From an uncultured Candidatus Saccharibacteria bacterium (GTDB taxonomy: Bacteria > Patescibacteriota > Saccharimonadia > CAILAD01 > BJGX01), in contig CAZSVP010000002.1 in assembly GCA_964610335.1 (NCBI GenBank), positions 78,376-142,375 of the forward strand: 64,000 bases of DNA, given 5' to 3'. The notes under the pieces were generated by a model, which saw only the letters and a list, made by a program, of their open reading frames with translations, was not told the origin of the DNA and made no database searches. The first letter of the stretch is position 1. Each line of letters begins with the position of its first letter. Positions 19,366-30,675 of this stretch are shown one piece after another. A program made the position numbers and the translations under genes.

Positions 19366-20034
19366 CTATTTATAGGTTAGTTCTACAAAGAATCGGCTTT
19401 TACTCGGCTTTTGAATTTGTTTGATAAGATCTGCCATACTTTCCATATACGGTGATTTTCCAAAGTCAGTGCCAAATTCACTCCAAAACATCTCACCATA
19501 TGGTGTCTCCTCACGCAGAGTGCCGGTCGGGTTTCGTCCATAAAACAAATGAAAGCATATCTGGCTGACTGGCTCACCACCTTCGTTGATAATAATATAG
19601 CCATCACCGCGATGTGTGAGTTTGCAACTCAAACCAGTCTTTTCCATCAACTCACGTGTAGCAGCCTCGGCAACCGTTTCTCCCAAATGTAGTTTGCCAT
19701 ACGGAAATCCAACTTGGCCAATCAGTGGTTGGTGTTTGCGTCGATACAACAGCCACTGCCCAGCCTTGTTCTGTACTGCCACTAGTGTGACTATCTTCGG
19801 TTGCAACCTAGTTTTCAGTGTGCGCAGGCTTACTTGGTCGACATACAATTTGCCTTGAGTCGTGAGACTATATAGACCATCGGCTCGTTTCTCTACCAAT
19901 CCCTCACGCATCAGTGCTCGCAGGTGATACATGAAGTGATTGCTCTCCAAATGCTTAGGTTTTAGTTGTGAAAATCGTAAGCTATCCGCCGCAATTAGCT
20001 TAGCTAGTATTTCTTTCTGGATAACATGCATCAT
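19366..20034 (-). CDS. Winged-HTH + NUDIX domain protein (reversed-order NrtR-like regulator/hydrolase)
   Basis: 222 aa; N-terminal MarR/ArsR-like wHTH (NHFMYHLRALMREGLVEK); C-terminal Nudix box GKLHLGETVAEAATRELMEKTGL; native low GC. Confidence 0.7.
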   Translation of the reverse strand: MMHVIQKEILAKLIAADSLRFSQLKPKHLESNHFMYHLRALMREGLVEKRADGLYSLTTQGKLYVDQVSLRTLKTRLQPKIVTLVAVQNKAGQWLLYRRKHQPLIGQVGFPYGKLHLGETVAEAATRELMEKTGLSCKLTHRGDGYIIINEGGEPVSQICFHLFYGRNPTGTLREETPYGEMFWSEFGTDFGKSPYMESMADLIKQIQKPSKSRFFVELTYK

Positions 20035-20198
20035 GTAAGTAAGTATTAAGTAAAATGGCAGAAGTTAAAAAGTGCTTACTCGCATTATTTCAGTCAAAAA
20101 ATTTTGAGTCAAGCATAATTACTTCTACATATCTACACTGACTGATTGGTTAGCTCAAAGTACGCTTAGAGTGTTCTTTGACAACTTGGAGGAAACCA

Positions 20199-20900
20199 AT
20201 GAGCAAGCTCACTACTATCGATACCCTACCCATCCCCATGCTTGTTCTCGACAGCGGCCCATGCGCTGGCAAGTCCACCATTCTCTCAGCCATCGAAGAT
20301 CGGTTCGACGAGCAAGTTCTGACAGTGCCTGAAGCTGCAACCCAAGTACTGGCTGAAGAGGTTGTAGCCAAGCCCGATCAGAATCTGCTGGAGTGGTACG
20401 ACCGAATCGACGCTGCCGAGTCCAAGGCTGCAATCTGGCGCGAATATAGACATCACCTGCAAGATGCTGTGCTCAAGCGCATGATCGAGCTCGAAACTGT
20501 TGCTCAGCAACAGGCCTGCGAACAAGGCAGGAAGCTGATCGTCGTGGACCGTGGAGCTGCCGGAGTGAGTCATTTCCACCCTGATGGCAATGCTTGCTGG
20601 TCCAAGCTCACCTGGGCACGAATCCACCATCTGGATGCAGTGTCCGCACTCAGCCGATACCATTCTGTCATCTTGTTGGAATCACTGGCAATACACCATC
20701 CAGAGTTGTACAAAAAGCACTGCGCCAGCAACCCAGTTCGAGGCGAGACTACTCAAGAGGCAGTGGCGCAGCAATGCGGCATTCGTGCTGCCTGGAGCAA
20801 ACACGCACGCTGCGCCCATATCTGCAACTTTGGGCGCAGCATCGATGATGTGACCAGGCTGGTTTACAACCACATCGAACAAACAATTGGCGAACTATGA
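20199..20900 (+). CDS. P-loop NTPase / small kinase-like protein (AAA_28/AAA_33-like), elevated GC
   Basis: Walker A DSGPCAGKST and Walker B-like LIVVDRG; GGAGG precedes the ATG at 20199 (the ORF is open from 20178). Confidence 0.6.
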   Translation: MSKLTTIDTLPIPMLVLDSGPCAGKSTILSAIEDRFDEQVLTVPEAATQVLAEEVVAKPDQNLLEWYDRIDAAESKAAIWREYRHHLQDAVLKRMIELETVAQQQACEQGRKLIVVDRGAAGVSHFHPDGNACWSKLTWARIHHLDAVSALSRYHSVILLESLAIHHPELYKKHCASNPVRGETTQEAVAQQCGIRAAWSKHARCAHICNFGRSIDDVTRLVYNHIEQTIGEL

Positions 20901-21283
20901 GCGGCAATCGCTGCCAAGTACAGGCTGCTGTATGGCGAGCCATGCGACTGGCTGAAGTATCACTCGACACTCCGGGAGCCACCGAAGTAGTTCGAGCTAT
21001 CACTTGGATCATTATGCAGCAAGCCATGATCCTCCAGCGCTTCCCACTTGATCAGAATGATCAGCACACCACGCAAGGATTCTGCCCAGACAATTACTGG
21101 CCACTCAAGTTCGGCAAGTTCTTGCACCGCGCGCAAACAATCGGCCTAGACTATCCCGAAGGTCGCCAAGCCATCGCCGAGCACGCCGCTACAGGAGTTG
21201 GCCTAATGGCATCGGTCTGGCGTTTGCATGGCTCGCCACCTCATATAAACGAGGTAGCTACCATTACAGTCAAACTCGAGTAG
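20897..21283 (+). CDS. Hypothetical protein (high GC), translationally coupled to the P-loop gene
   Basis: 128 aa; ATGA start/stop overlap with the upstream gene. Confidence 0.5.
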   Translation: MSGNRCQVQAAVWRAMRLAEVSLDTPGATEVVRAITWIIMQQAMILQRFPLDQNDQHTTQGFCPDNYWPLKFGKFLHRAQTIGLDYPEGRQAIAEHAATGVGLMASVWRLHGSPPHINEVATITVKLE

Positions 21284-21374
21284 ATCCGACTAGCCTGTCA
21301 AAGTTATGCTTGGTAAAGCATGATTACCCAAGTATAATCACCCCAGATCTTTCCCACTAGCCGAGGAGCAAACA

Positions 21375-22034
21375 ATGCCGACAACCGAAGCCCCAGTAAT
21401 CACCGAGCTTGAAGAAGTTGTGGCTCTCGAAGCTGAGCTACAAGCCATGTGCGCTGAGTACGACAGTCTTGGTGTCGAAATCTCGCGTTTGCAAGCCGTG
21501 CGAAGCGATATCGCTTTTGCAGTCACATTCCACGACAAGTCGCGCGAAGACGGAGAACCCTTGGTCAAGCGCTACAACCGAGTGGTGCGTCAAGCCGCAG
21601 CCGATCTGCTAGCCGAGCGCCAACTGGGGTGGTGCCTGGCAGGTGGACACTTCTGCAATGAGGCTGAGCTGTCATGTGCGAAAGCCATGTTCAGCCGCCG
21701 GAGCTACGACGTGAAGGACGGCTACGAAGACCACCATAAGTCAGTAATTGCCACAGCCTGCGCAGCTCACCCCGCTGGCGGATACCAAAATCCTGACTGG
21801 GGTCACAGCAAGCGGTTGGTAGCACGCAACGTTCACAACGTTGGGTTGGTGAGAAGAGCGATCAGTCGCTATCTGTTTGACTGCGGTTTCGAGAACCGAG
21901 AGCTTCACAGGTTCTTCGCCGAAGCAGGCCTGCCAACAGACATGTACTACCGCGATCGTGATGGCTGGTACTTCCGGCCAATCCCCGGACAAGACGGTCC
22001 GATGTACGGCCGAAAAGTCATCAATCTCGGCTAG
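21375..22034 (+). CDS. Hypothetical Cys/His-rich protein (high GC)
   Basis: 219 aa; promoter TTGGTA-17-TATAAT and RBS GAGGAG upstream. Confidence 0.55.
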   Translation: MPTTEAPVITELEEVVALEAELQAMCAEYDSLGVEISRLQAVRSDIAFAVTFHDKSREDGEPLVKRYNRVVRQAAADLLAERQLGWCLAGGHFCNEAELSCAKAMFSRRSYDVKDGYEDHHKSVIATACAAHPAGGYQNPDWGHSKRLVARNVHNVGLVRRAISRYLFDCGFENRELHRFFAEAGLPTDMYYRDRDGWYFRPIPGQDGPMYGRKVINLG

Positions 22035-22055
22035 CACGAGAACCAAACTTTCAAG

Positions 22056-22089
22056 AGCCCCGACGAGCCCCGATTCGTCGGGGCTCGTC
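22056..22089 (+). repeat. GC-rich hairpin (GACGAGCCCCGA-ttcg-TCGGGGCTCGTC), member of the GAGCCCCG hairpin family
   Basis: Perfect 12-bp stem directly after the 21375..22034 ORF; no U-run. Confidence 0.7.
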
Positions 22090-22142
22090 ATATCTCCATA
22101 TAATGCAAAGAATTATTTCTAGCAGTGAAGTACTAGAAACTC

Positions 22143-22195
22143 AAAAACCCCAGCGCGAGACGTACTAATTGCTACGTTGAGCGTTGGGATTTTTG
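22143..22195. terminator. Bidirectional terminator (aaaaaCCCCAGCGC...GCGTTGGGattttt) closing rpsG and the plus-strand cassette
   Basis: Nested hairpin flanked by an A-run and a T-run, 40 nt downstream of the rpsG stop. Confidence 0.6.
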
Positions 22196-22234
22196 TTGTG
22201 ACGACGTAATTTGCGCTAGAAATGGTTCGAACGA

Positions 22235-22711
22235 CTAGTAGCGAGCGAAGTGAGCAAAAGCCTTATTAGCCTCAGCCATCTGGTGAGCATCTTGCTTCTT
22301 CTTAACAGCATCGCCTTCTTCGTTGAAAGCAGCAATCAGCTCTTTGCTAAATTTAACATCAAATCCAGCACCACTCTTGTTGCGTGCCGAGTCCATAAGC
22401 CACATCAGGGCATAGTGAACCTTGCGGTCGCCTTTGACTTCCATAGGGACTTGGTAGTTGGCACCACCGATACGTCGAGATTTAACCATCACTTGTGGAC
22501 TAACGTTCTTAACTGCAGTTTCGAGGACCTCGAGTGGCTCTTTCTTGGTCTTAGCTGCTGCTTGTTCGAGTGCGCTGTAGACCAGCTTCTCAGCCATTCG
22601 CTTTTTACCACTTACCATGACTTTGTTGATGGTCTTAGTAACCAACACTGAATTGTAAACAATGTCAGGAGTAAGTTCGCGCTTGAGAGATTTAGTAGTT
22701 TTACGAGGCAT
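22235..22711 (-). CDS. rpsG: 30S ribosomal protein S7
   Basis: 158-aa ORF with S7-like sequence. Confidence 0.93.
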   Translation of the reverse strand: MPRKTTKSLKRELTPDIVYNSVLVTKTINKVMVSGKKRMAEKLVYSALEQAAAKTKKEPLEVLETAVKNVSPQVMVKSRRIGGANYQVPMEVKGDRKVHYALMWLMDSARNKSGAGFDVKFSKELIAAFNEEGDAVKKKQDAHQMAEANKAFAHFARY

Positions 22712-22714
22712 GGG

Positions 22715-23137
22715 TTATTCCTTCTTACCACCTTGAGACTTAGTACCATATTTGCTGCGGCCTTGTTTACGACCATCAACTCCAGCCGTATCAAGATTGC
22801 CACGAACTATGTGGTAACGCACACCACCAAGATCCTTAACTCGACCACCACGTACTAGCACCACTGAGTGCTCTTGCAAGTTGTGTCCCTCACCAGGTAT
22901 GTAAGCGGTTACTTCCATACCGTTGGTTAGGCGCACACGAGCCACCTTACGCAAAGCCGAGTTTGGCTTACGAGGAGTTTGTGTATACACCTTCACACAT
23001 ACACCACGTTTAAACGGCGCATTGAGCGGACGAGTCCGCACACTAAGCGCGTTAAACGAGCGCCCGAGGGCTGGAGACTTAGTCTTGGTAGACTTGGTCT
23101 TGCGAGGTTTTCGAATTAATTGATTGATGGTTGGCAT
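22715..23137 (-). CDS. rpsL: 30S ribosomal protein S12
   Basis: 140 aa beginning [10 protein letters not shown] with PNSALRK, canonical S12. Confidence 0.95.
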   Translation of the reverse strand: MPTINQLIRKPRKTKSTKTKSPALGRSFNALSVRTRPLNAPFKRGVCVKVYTQTPRKPNSALRKVARVRLTNGMEVTAYIPGEGHNLQEHSVVLVRGGRVKDLGGVRYHIVRGNLDTAGVDGRKQGRSKYGTKSQGGKKE

Positions 23138-23173
23138 ATCAGCTCACTATTTTATCAGGTTAGGGCCAGATGG

Positions 23174-26100
23174 TCAACTATTCTGCTCGTTACCAATATC
23201 TCGAAAACTAGTACCGACCGGTATGAGCCGTCCGATAATCACGTTTTCTTTGAGGCCTCGCAAGCGATCGGCCTTGCCTCGCAATGCAGCTGCTATCAGC
23301 ACTCGAGTTGTCTCCTGGAAGGATGCAGCACTTAGCCAACTATCTGAACTGGTGGATATCTTGGTAATCGGCATAAGTAGCTGCTCATAAGTAGCTGGCT
23401 TGCCACCTTTCTTGACCGCCTCTTCATTCTCCTCGTGCAGACCAGTCTTACTGACCATATCACCAGATAACAATGTAGTATCCATCGGCTCTTCAATACG
23501 CACGCGGCTGAACATCTGGCGGATAATCACCTCGATGTGCTTAGAACTGATCTCTTGACCTTGGCTAAGATAAATCGCCTGTACTTCATCGATGATATAG
23601 CGTTCTACAGCTTCCTTACCGATAAGCTTGAGCATATCTTGTAGATTCACCGATCCTTCGGTGAGACGATCACCACGGGTTACACTGTCGCCTGTCTTAA
23701 CCTCGACATCAATATACTCACCAATTGTGTACTCACGAACATTGGCTCCTTCATGTACCAAGGTGATTGAGTTTTTGCCAACAGTAACAGTGCCTTTGGC
23801 ACCTGCCTTGGCGGTCTTCTTGCCATCGGCTGAGGTAGCCAGCAGCTCGCCTCTAGTTACACTATCGCCTGATTTCACTTGGGTCTTGAGACCTGCTATA
23901 TCATAGTCAGTAGTTTTTTGGTCTAGTGGTGCGATTGTGATTACTTGCTTATTGTCTTGGCGCTTAACCGTAACAGTGCCATCGATTTCAGCTAACACAG
24001 CTTGGCCTTTTGGCGCACGAGCTTCAAAGATTTCCTCTACTCGAGGCAAACCTTGGGTAATGTCACTACCAATACCAGCTAAATGCTTGGTGTTCATAGT
24101 CAGCTGCGTTCCTGGCTCGCCAATCGATTGAGCAGCGATAATACCTACTGCCTCACCCATGGCGACAGGTTCACCAGTGGCTAGGTCGATACCGTAACAT
24201 TTCTGACATACGCCCCAAACAGATTTACAGTTCAGGATGGATCGAATGCGCACATCAGCAACACCGGACTGATCGATCAGCTTAGCGGCAGCATCGTCTA
24301 TCAAATGCCCATTCTTAACAATCACTTCAGATGTGTTTGGATCAACAATCTTACCTACTGTAGTACGGCCAACAATCCATGGCGCGATGCCTTCTTCACC
24401 AGCAGCTTCAGCTTCGGCACGAGTTACCAAGTAACCTTCTTTGTCACCACAGTCGTTTTCGGTAGTCACAACATCTTGGCTTACATCAACCAAACGACGA
24501 GTCAGATAGCCGGATTCGGCGGTTCGAAGTGCTGTATCGGTCAAACCTTTGCGAGCACCGTGAGTCGAGATAAAGTATTCCAACACTGACAAACCGTCTT
24601 TGTAGTTGGAGCGAACTGGCAGCTCAATAATTCGTCCGGTCGGACTAAGCATGAGCCCAAGCATACCACTCATCTTGTTGACCTGACCCAAGGTGGCACG
24701 AGCGCCACTCTCTAAGTCGTCGCGCAAGCTAGAATTGGACTCAAGCAGGGTTTTTTCTAGTTGAGCCTCTACTTGCTCACCAGTCTTCTTCCAGATTTCA
24801 ATAGTCTTCTGGTACCGTTCTTCATTGGTGATAAGACCTTGTTCATACTGGCTGACATACTCGACAGCCTTGGCCTCAGCTTCATCTATCAACTTACCAC
24901 GAATAGCAGGCACTGTAAGGTCATCCATACCGATTGATACACCAGATAATGTGGAGTAGCGGAATCCAAGATCCTTAATTGCATCAGCAACATCAGCGGT
25001 CACTTCCTTGCCAATCTCGGCGAAGATACGAGCCATAATCTGCTTAAGCTTAGCCTTGGTGAGTGGTTCATTGACAAAATCAATACCTTCTGGCATCTTC
25101 TCGTTGAAAAGCAGCCGGCCGGCAGTTGTCTCGATAATTGTGCCATCAACACGCACCTTAATAGTTGCACGCAAGTCGATCCAGCGCTCCTGATAAGCGT
25201 TGATTGCTTCTTCGGGATGTGCAAACGTCTTACCCTCTCCCAAAGCACCTGGCTTGATAGTTGTTAGGTAGTAACAACCTAGCACGATGTCTTTGTTTGG
25301 CTTAACCAAAGGTGAACCGTCGGCTGGTTTGAGCAAGTTGAGCTTACTAAGCATAATCTCACGAGCTTCGGCCTGAGCAGCATCACTTAGAGGTACATGT
25401 ACGGCCATCTGATCACCGTCAAAGTCAGCGTTGAAAGCCTCACAGACAAGTGGGTGCAGCTGGATAGCCTTACCTTCAATCAAGATTGGCTTAAAGGCTT
25501 GAATACCTAGTCGATGCAAGGTCGGTGCGCGATTTAGCAACACGTGTTTGTTAGCGATCACTTCATCGAGTGTATCCCAAACTTCGGCTCGAGCACGCTC
25601 CACCATACGACTAGCAGACTTCACGTTGTGGGCAAAACCCTTGGAAATCAACTTCCCTATTACAAATGGCTTAAATAGCTCCAAGGCCATCATCTTAGGT
25701 ATACCACATTGGTCAATCTTAAGATGTGGTCCAATCACAATTACCGAACGACCCGAGTAGTCTACGCGCTTACCAAGTAGGTTTTGGCGGAAGCGACCCT
25801 GCTTACCCTTGAGCAAGTCGGTGAGACTCTTTGGTTTCTTGCGACCAGCTGCTGTGGCAGTTCGCTCACGTCGAGCATTGTTGTCGATCAGTGCATCAAC
25901 AGCTTCTTGAAGCATGCGCTTTTCGTTGCGACATATGATTTCTGGCGCATCTAGGTTGAAAAGTTTCTTAAGACGATTGTTTCGGTTGATAACTCGGCGA
26001 TAAAGATCGTTGAGATCTGAGGCTGCAAAGCGGCCACCGTCGAGTTGTACCATTGGTCGTAGATCTGGTGGAATCACCGGCAACTCAGTCACTACCATCC

Positions 26101-27004
26101 ATTCTGGACGAATATTGGCAATTACCATGCCTTCTACTACCTTAAGTCGTTTCAAAGCTTTTTTCTTCTTCTGACCAATGTTACTATCGGCTTCTTCACG
26201 AAGTTGTTTGGCAAGCTTGTTGAGATCTATTTCACTCAAAAGATTCCGCAAAGCTTCGGCACCAATACCAGCAGTAAACACAGTACCAAACTTGATGTTA
26301 AGTTCGCGGTAGCGACCTTCTGGCAAAAGTTGTAGCTTGGCAAGATTGGTTATGTCCGTACGAGCAGTTTGGAAACTAGTTTCTAGCTCAGCAAACTCCT
26401 TGAGAGCGGCTTCATCTAGGCTAGGATCATCAATCTTTTTGACGTTGTACTTAGCCAGTAATTCTTTCTGACGAGTTTTGTAGTCTTCACTAAGTTCTTT
26501 TTGAGCAGCAGCTTTGGCTTTTTCGTCAACCGAAGTTACTACAAAGTTCGCAAAGTAAACGATTCGTTCAAGATCACGAACACCAATATTTAGAAGTAGA
26601 CTAATTGCCGATGGAGTACCACGCAAGAACCACAAGTGAGCCACTGGAACAGCGAGCTGAATGTGACCCATACGCTCGCGGCGCACGATACTGCGTGTCA
26701 CTAACACACCACATTTATCGCAGACAATGCCCTTGTAACGAATACCTTTGTATTTGCCACAGTAACACTGCCAATCTTTGGTAGGCCCAAAGATTTTTTC
26801 ACAGAACAAGCCATCTTTTTCTGGTTTTTGTGTACGGTAGTTAATGGTCTCTGGCTTGGTAATCTCACCATGGCTCCAATCCAAGATCTGTTCAGGAGAT
26901 GCTATAGATGCTCGTACAGCATCAAAGTCAGCAATGGTTTGAGTATGATCGACGGTGTCGTGGTAACTGTTCTTACCCATCGATTCAGTTGGAGAAGAAT
27001 TCAT
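23174..27004 (-). CDS. rpoC: DNA-directed RNA polymerase subunit beta'
   Basis: 1276 aa with NADFDGD catalytic motif and zinc-finger CxxC motifs. Confidence 0.97.
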   Translation of the reverse strand: MNSSPTESMGKNSYHDTVDHTQTIADFDAVRASIASPEQILDWSHGEITKPETINYRTQKPEKDGLFCEKIFGPTKDWQCYCGKYKGIRYKGIVCDKCGVLVTRSIVRRERMGHIQLAVPVAHLWFLRGTPSAISLLLNIGVRDLERIVYFANFVVTSVDEKAKAAAQKELSEDYKTRQKELLAKYNVKKIDDPSLDEAALKEFAELETSFQTARTDITNLAKLQLLPEGRYRELNIKFGTVFTAGIGAEALRNLLSEIDLNKLAKQLREEADSNIGQKKKKALKRLKVVEGMVIANIRPEWMVVTELPVIPPDLRPMVQLDGGRFAASDLNDLYRRVINRNNRLKKLFNLDAPEIICRNEKRMLQEAVDALIDNNARRERTATAAGRKKPKSLTDLLKGKQGRFRQNLLGKRVDYSGRSVIVIGPHLKIDQCGIPKMMALELFKPFVIGKLISKGFAHNVKSASRMVERARAEVWDTLDEVIANKHVLLNRAPTLHRLGIQAFKPILIEGKAIQLHPLVCEAFNADFDGDQMAVHVPLSDAAQAEAREIMLSKLNLLKPADGSPLVKPNKDIVLGCYYLTTIKPGALGEGKTFAHPEEAINAYQERWIDLRATIKVRVDGTIIETTAGRLLFNEKMPEGIDFVNEPLTKAKLKQIMARIFAEIGKEVTADVADAIKDLGFRYSTLSGVSIGMDDLTVPAIRGKLIDEAEAKAVEYVSQYEQGLITNEERYQKTIEIWKKTGEQVEAQLEKTLLESNSSLRDDLESGARATLGQVNKMSGMLGLMLSPTGRIIELPVRSNYKDGLSVLEYFISTHGARKGLTDTALRTAESGYLTRRLVDVSQDVVTTENDCGDKEGYLVTRAEAEAAGEEGIAPWIVGRTTVGKIVDPNTSEVIVKNGHLIDDAAAKLIDQSGVADVRIRSILNCKSVWGVCQKCYGIDLATGEPVAMGEAVGIIAAQSIGEPGTQLTMNTKHLAGIGSDITQGLPRVEEIFEARAPKGQAVLAEIDGTVTVKRQDNKQVITIAPLDQKTTDYDIAGLKTQVKSGDSVTRGELLATSADGKKTAKAGAKGTVTVGKNSITLVHEGANVREYTIGEYIDVEVKTGDSVTRGDRLTEGSVNLQDMLKLIGKEAVERYIIDEVQAIYLSQGQEISSKHIEVIIRQMFSRVRIEEPMDTTLLSGDMVSKTGLHEENEEAVKKGGKPATYEQLLMPITKISTSSDSWLSAASFQETTRVLIAAALRGKADRLRGLKENVIIGRLIPVGTSFRDIGNEQNS

Positions 27005-30000
27005 TATTTTGCCTCCTTATCAGTATCTTCAATTGTTTCGGCTAGTGCCTCGAAGTCGTCCACAGTGTTGGCATTGAGATCTACAACCGCTTCACCCTCG
27101 ACTGTGTCGCCCTTGAGCAGCTGTTCGTCAGCCAGCTCGTTGGCCTCTAGCAAGGTTTCGTCTTCAAGCACATCCTCAGCATCTACCGTAATGTGTGCCT
27201 TGGTTCGTTCCAGATCAACTGATAGGCCAAGACTTTGCAGCTCCTTGACCAACACGTTAAACGATTCTGGAATACGTGGCCCCTTAATCTCTTCATTCTT
27301 GATGATCGCTTCATAAGCCTTGGATCGGCCAACAACATCATCGGACTTAATGGTCAAGATTTCTTGTAGTGTATGGCTGGCACCATAAGCTTCGAGAGCC
27401 CACACTTCCATCTCACCAAAGCGCTGACCGCCCATTTGAGCCTTACCGCCAAGTGGCTGCTGGGTAACCATTGCATATGGACCAGTCGAACGAGCATGGA
27501 TCTTGTCATCTACCATGTGATGTAGCTTAAGCATGTACTTATAGCCGATAGTAGTGCGCTCTGAGTACGGTTCGCCAGTGGAGCCAGAGTAGAGCTGAGT
27601 TTTACCATCTTCTGGCAACCCAGCTTTCTTCAGCTCTTCCTTGATTTGATCAATCTTAACACCATTGAATACCGGCGACGCTACTGTGTAGCCAAGTGCC
27701 TGAGCGGCCCAACCAAGGTGAGTTTCGAGTATCTGACCAATATTCATACGAGCTCCTACACCTAGTGGGTTGAGGATGATGTCGACAGGCGTGCCATCTT
27801 CAGTAAATGGCATTTCCTCAATTGGCATAATCTTACTAATTACACCTTTGTTGCCGTGGCGACCTGCCATCTTATCGCCTACCGAAACTTTGCGTAGTTG
27901 AGCAACAGCCACATATATTTGCGAGATCACACCACTAGCAAGTTCGTCGTCGTTTTCACGCGACAAGATCTTAACATCTACAACCTTACCATTGGCACCA
28001 TTGGGCATACGCAAGCTAGTGTCTTTGACATCGCGAGCTTTTTCACCAAATATGGCTCGCAAAAGACGCTCTTCAGAGCTGAGGTCAGTTTCACCCTTTG
28101 GTGTAATTTTACCTACTAAGATATCGCCGGCGCTTACTTCAGCACCAATTCGTACAATACCTTGGTCATCGAGATCCTTGAGTGATTCCTCGGAAACGTT
28201 TGGTATATCGCGAGTCATTACCTCTGGGCCGAGCTTGGTATCACGTACATCGATTTGATGCATGTCAATATGAACTGAGGTATAGCGATCATCTTGAACA
28301 AGTCGCTGCGATAGGATAATCGCATCTTCGTAGTTGAGGCCTTCAAATGGCATAAATGCTACCAACACGTTTTGACCAAGTGCTAGCTCACCACCCTGAG
28401 TGCTCATACCATCAGCAAGCACATCACCTTTTTTGACCTTTTGTCCGCTATATGCCAAGGTTCGCTGATGTATTGCATTGCCCTGGTTGGAACGTACGAA
28501 GCGAATCAAAGAGTAGGTTTTGGTATTCTTAGCATATTTGACTACTATCTCATCAGCAGTTGCCGACTGAACTACTCCGTCACCTTCAGCCAGGATAGTT
28601 TGAGCCGAGTCTGCAGCTACAGTATGTTCTACACCAGTACCTACAATAGGAGCTTGAGGTCGAACTAATGCAACTGCTTGGCGTTGCATGTTGGCACCCA
28701 TCAATGCACGTTTGGCGTCATCATGTTCCAAAAATGGAATCAAAGCAGCCGAGATACCAACTACTTGGCGTGGGCTGACATCCATATATTCCACACTGTT
28801 AACATCCTCTTCGTCAGCTTCACCACCAACGCCTCGCACTGGTACACGGTTGTCGATAAAATAGCCATTTTTATCAGTCGCACTACCGGCCTGAGCTATT
28901 ACAGTTTTCTCTTCATCATGAGCATCAAGATATACTATTTCACCTGTCACACGAGCCTTAAGTGCAACTTCTTCAATTCCGGCTTTTGTAAGTTTGGCGG
29001 CAACAGACTTGTTGATACTGTCACCGAGTTTTACGATTACATTGCCTTGGGAATCTTTATATTGCCGAGCTGAAACTTCGCCAACTGCCTTTTCTGGTGT
29101 AGCCTTGTTGATCACACGATAGTATGGGCTTTCGATGAAACCATATTCATTGACTCTTGCAAAGGTAGAGAGCACTGATACTAAACCAATATTTGGACCC
29201 TCGGGTGTCTCAATCGGACAGATACGGCCATAGTGAGTACGATGTACATCACGTACTTCAAACCCTGCACGTTCACGGTTAAGCCCACCAGGGCCCATTG
29301 CATTAAGCTTACGCTTATGTACAACTTCAGCGAGCGGGTTGACTTGATCCATAAACTGACTGTGTTGATGGCTGGCAAAAAACTCTTTTACACTAGCTAC
29401 AATCGGTCGAACATTAACAAGCTGACCAGGTATCACTGTTTCAATGTCAGCAACACTCATACGGTCCTTGACAATACGCTCCATGCGAAGCAGTCCAACA
29501 CGAAACTTATTCTGAATGTGCTCACCTACCATCTTAAGACGACGATTACCTAGATGATCGACATCTTCGCTCTGGGCATTACTATTACTGAGTCGGATGG
29601 CTTCGGCTACGATTGCTACAAAGTCTTCTTTGAGCAGTGTACGATTATCACGAGTATTCTTAGCATTTAAGCCAAGTCGTTTATTGATCTTATAACGACC
29701 TACTTTACTGAAGTCATAGCGCTTGAAGTCAAAAAACATGCTATCTATAAGGCTCTTAGAGTTCTCTACAGTTGCAAGATCACCCGGTCGGATACGTCGA
29801 TAGACTTCCATCAGTGCTTCGGCCTGTGTCTTCGCCGGATCTTTAGCCAAAGTTTCCTCAATAAACTTCACCTCTCCAGTGTCAACTTCTGCAAACAGTT
29901 TCTTGATTTCTTCGTCACTACCATAACCAAAAGCACGCAAAAGTGTGGTGATTGTAATCTTGCGCTTGCGATCAATCTTAACAGTCATAACGCCATTGAC

Positions 30001-30501
30001 ACCGGTCTCAATCTCCAACCAAGCACCACGGTTTGGAATAATTTTGGCGTTGAAATATCCACTTTCACTGGTTGTGAAGAACACACCTGGGCTACGTACT
30101 AGCTGGCTCACAACCACGCGCTCTACACCGTTGATAACAAAGGTGCCGCGCTCGGTCATGATAGGATAATCTCCCAAGAAGATTTCTTGGGTCTTGACTT
30201 CGCCTGTCTCTTTGATAAGCAGCTCAACTACAACTTTGAGGGATGCTTCATAGCTGAGATTCTTATCTTTTGATTCTTTTTCAGTTAGTTTTGGAGCTTC
30301 GAAATGATAGTCTTTGAAACTTAGTTCGTATTTTTTGCCGGTGAAATCTTCGATTGGAGAGATTTCTTCAAATAGTTCTTTGAGACCGTGTTCGATATAC
30401 CATTGATATGATTCGGCTTGAATCTTAATCAAGTTAGGCATAGCGAGCGTGTCTTTTTGGGCGTTAAGATACACCCTAGCGCGCGCGGGGGCTTTGGCCA
30501 T
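27004..30501 (-). CDS. rpoB: DNA-directed RNA polymerase subunit beta
   Basis: 1165 aa with conserved beta-subunit motifs ([12 protein letters not shown], the rifampicin-binding region). Confidence 0.97.
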   Translation of the reverse strand: MAKAPARARVYLNAQKDTLAMPNLIKIQAESYQWYIEHGLKELFEEISPIEDFTGKKYELSFKDYHFEAPKLTEKESKDKNLSYEASLKVVVELLIKETGEVKTQEIFLGDYPIMTERGTFVINGVERVVVSQLVRSPGVFFTTSESGYFNAKIIPNRGAWLEIETGVNGVMTVKIDRKRKITITTLLRAFGYGSDEEIKKLFAEVDTGEVKFIEETLAKDPAKTQAEALMEVYRRIRPGDLATVENSKSLIDSMFFDFKRYDFSKVGRYKINKRLGLNAKNTRDNRTLLKEDFVAIVAEAIRLSNSNAQSEDVDHLGNRRLKMVGEHIQNKFRVGLLRMERIVKDRMSVADIETVIPGQLVNVRPIVASVKEFFASHQHSQFMDQVNPLAEVVHKRKLNAMGPGGLNRERAGFEVRDVHRTHYGRICPIETPEGPNIGLVSVLSTFARVNEYGFIESPYYRVINKATPEKAVGEVSARQYKDSQGNVIVKLGDSINKSVAAKLTKAGIEEVALKARVTGEIVYLDAHDEEKTVIAQAGSATDKNGYFIDNRVPVRGVGGEADEEDVNSVEYMDVSPRQVVGISAALIPFLEHDDAKRALMGANMQRQAVALVRPQAPIVGTGVEHTVAADSAQTILAEGDGVVQSATADEIVVKYAKNTKTYSLIRFVRSNQGNAIHQRTLAYSGQKVKKGDVLADGMSTQGGELALGQNVLVAFMPFEGLNYEDAIILSQRLVQDDRYTSVHIDMHQIDVRDTKLGPEVMTRDIPNVSEESLKDLDDQGIVRIGAEVSAGDILVGKITPKGETDLSSEERLLRAIFGEKARDVKDTSLRMPNGANGKVVDVKILSRENDDELASGVISQIYVAVAQLRKVSVGDKMAGRHGNKGVISKIMPIEEMPFTEDGTPVDIILNPLGVGARMNIGQILETHLGWAAQALGYTVASPVFNGVKIDQIKEELKKAGLPEDGKTQLYSGSTGEPYSERTTIGYKYMLKLHHMVDDKIHARSTGPYAMVTQQPLGGKAQMGGQRFGEMEVWALEAYGASHTLQEILTIKSDDVVGRSKAYEAIIKNEEIKGPRIPESFNVLVKELQSLGLSVDLERTKAHITVDAEDVLEDETLLEANELADEQLLKGDTVEGEAVVDLNANTVDDFEALAETIEDTDKEAK

Positions 30502-30637
30502 GTTCGCTTATCTCCTTATGATACTCTATTAAGTTTTATGGTTTGGCATGCCGAGGCGTATCTAAACCGACAAAATACCAGAACACCCATCCCGGGTGAA
30601 TTTCCTGGTAGTTGTTTAAGCTTCCTCTTGACTATAA

Positions 30638-30666
30638 ATATTATCTGGTTTTTTGACAACTGTCAA
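30638..30666 (-). promoter_or_regulatory. Candidate rpoBC promoter (TTGACA-17-TAATAT) with a ~135-nt leader
   Basis: Minus-strand cTTGACAgttgtcaaaaaaccagaTAATATt; RBS AAGGAGA before the rpoB ATG. Confidence 0.55.
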
Positions 30667-30675
30667 GCATTATTG

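Noticed and set aside
17961-22034. High-GC segments as simple contamination or chimeric misassembly from a co-sequenced high-GC host
   Set aside because: Not fully excluded without read data. It is disfavoured because each segment is short (0.3-1.9 kb), sits precisely in intergenic gaps without disrupting flanking genes, and is joined to AT-rich native-style promoters and terminators, not to abrupt breaks.
23628-30169. Numerous plus-strand ORFs inside rpoC/rpoB (e.g. 26828..27316, 28678..29073)
   Set aside because: Antisense shadow ORFs within two long, well-supported genes; no independent signals.
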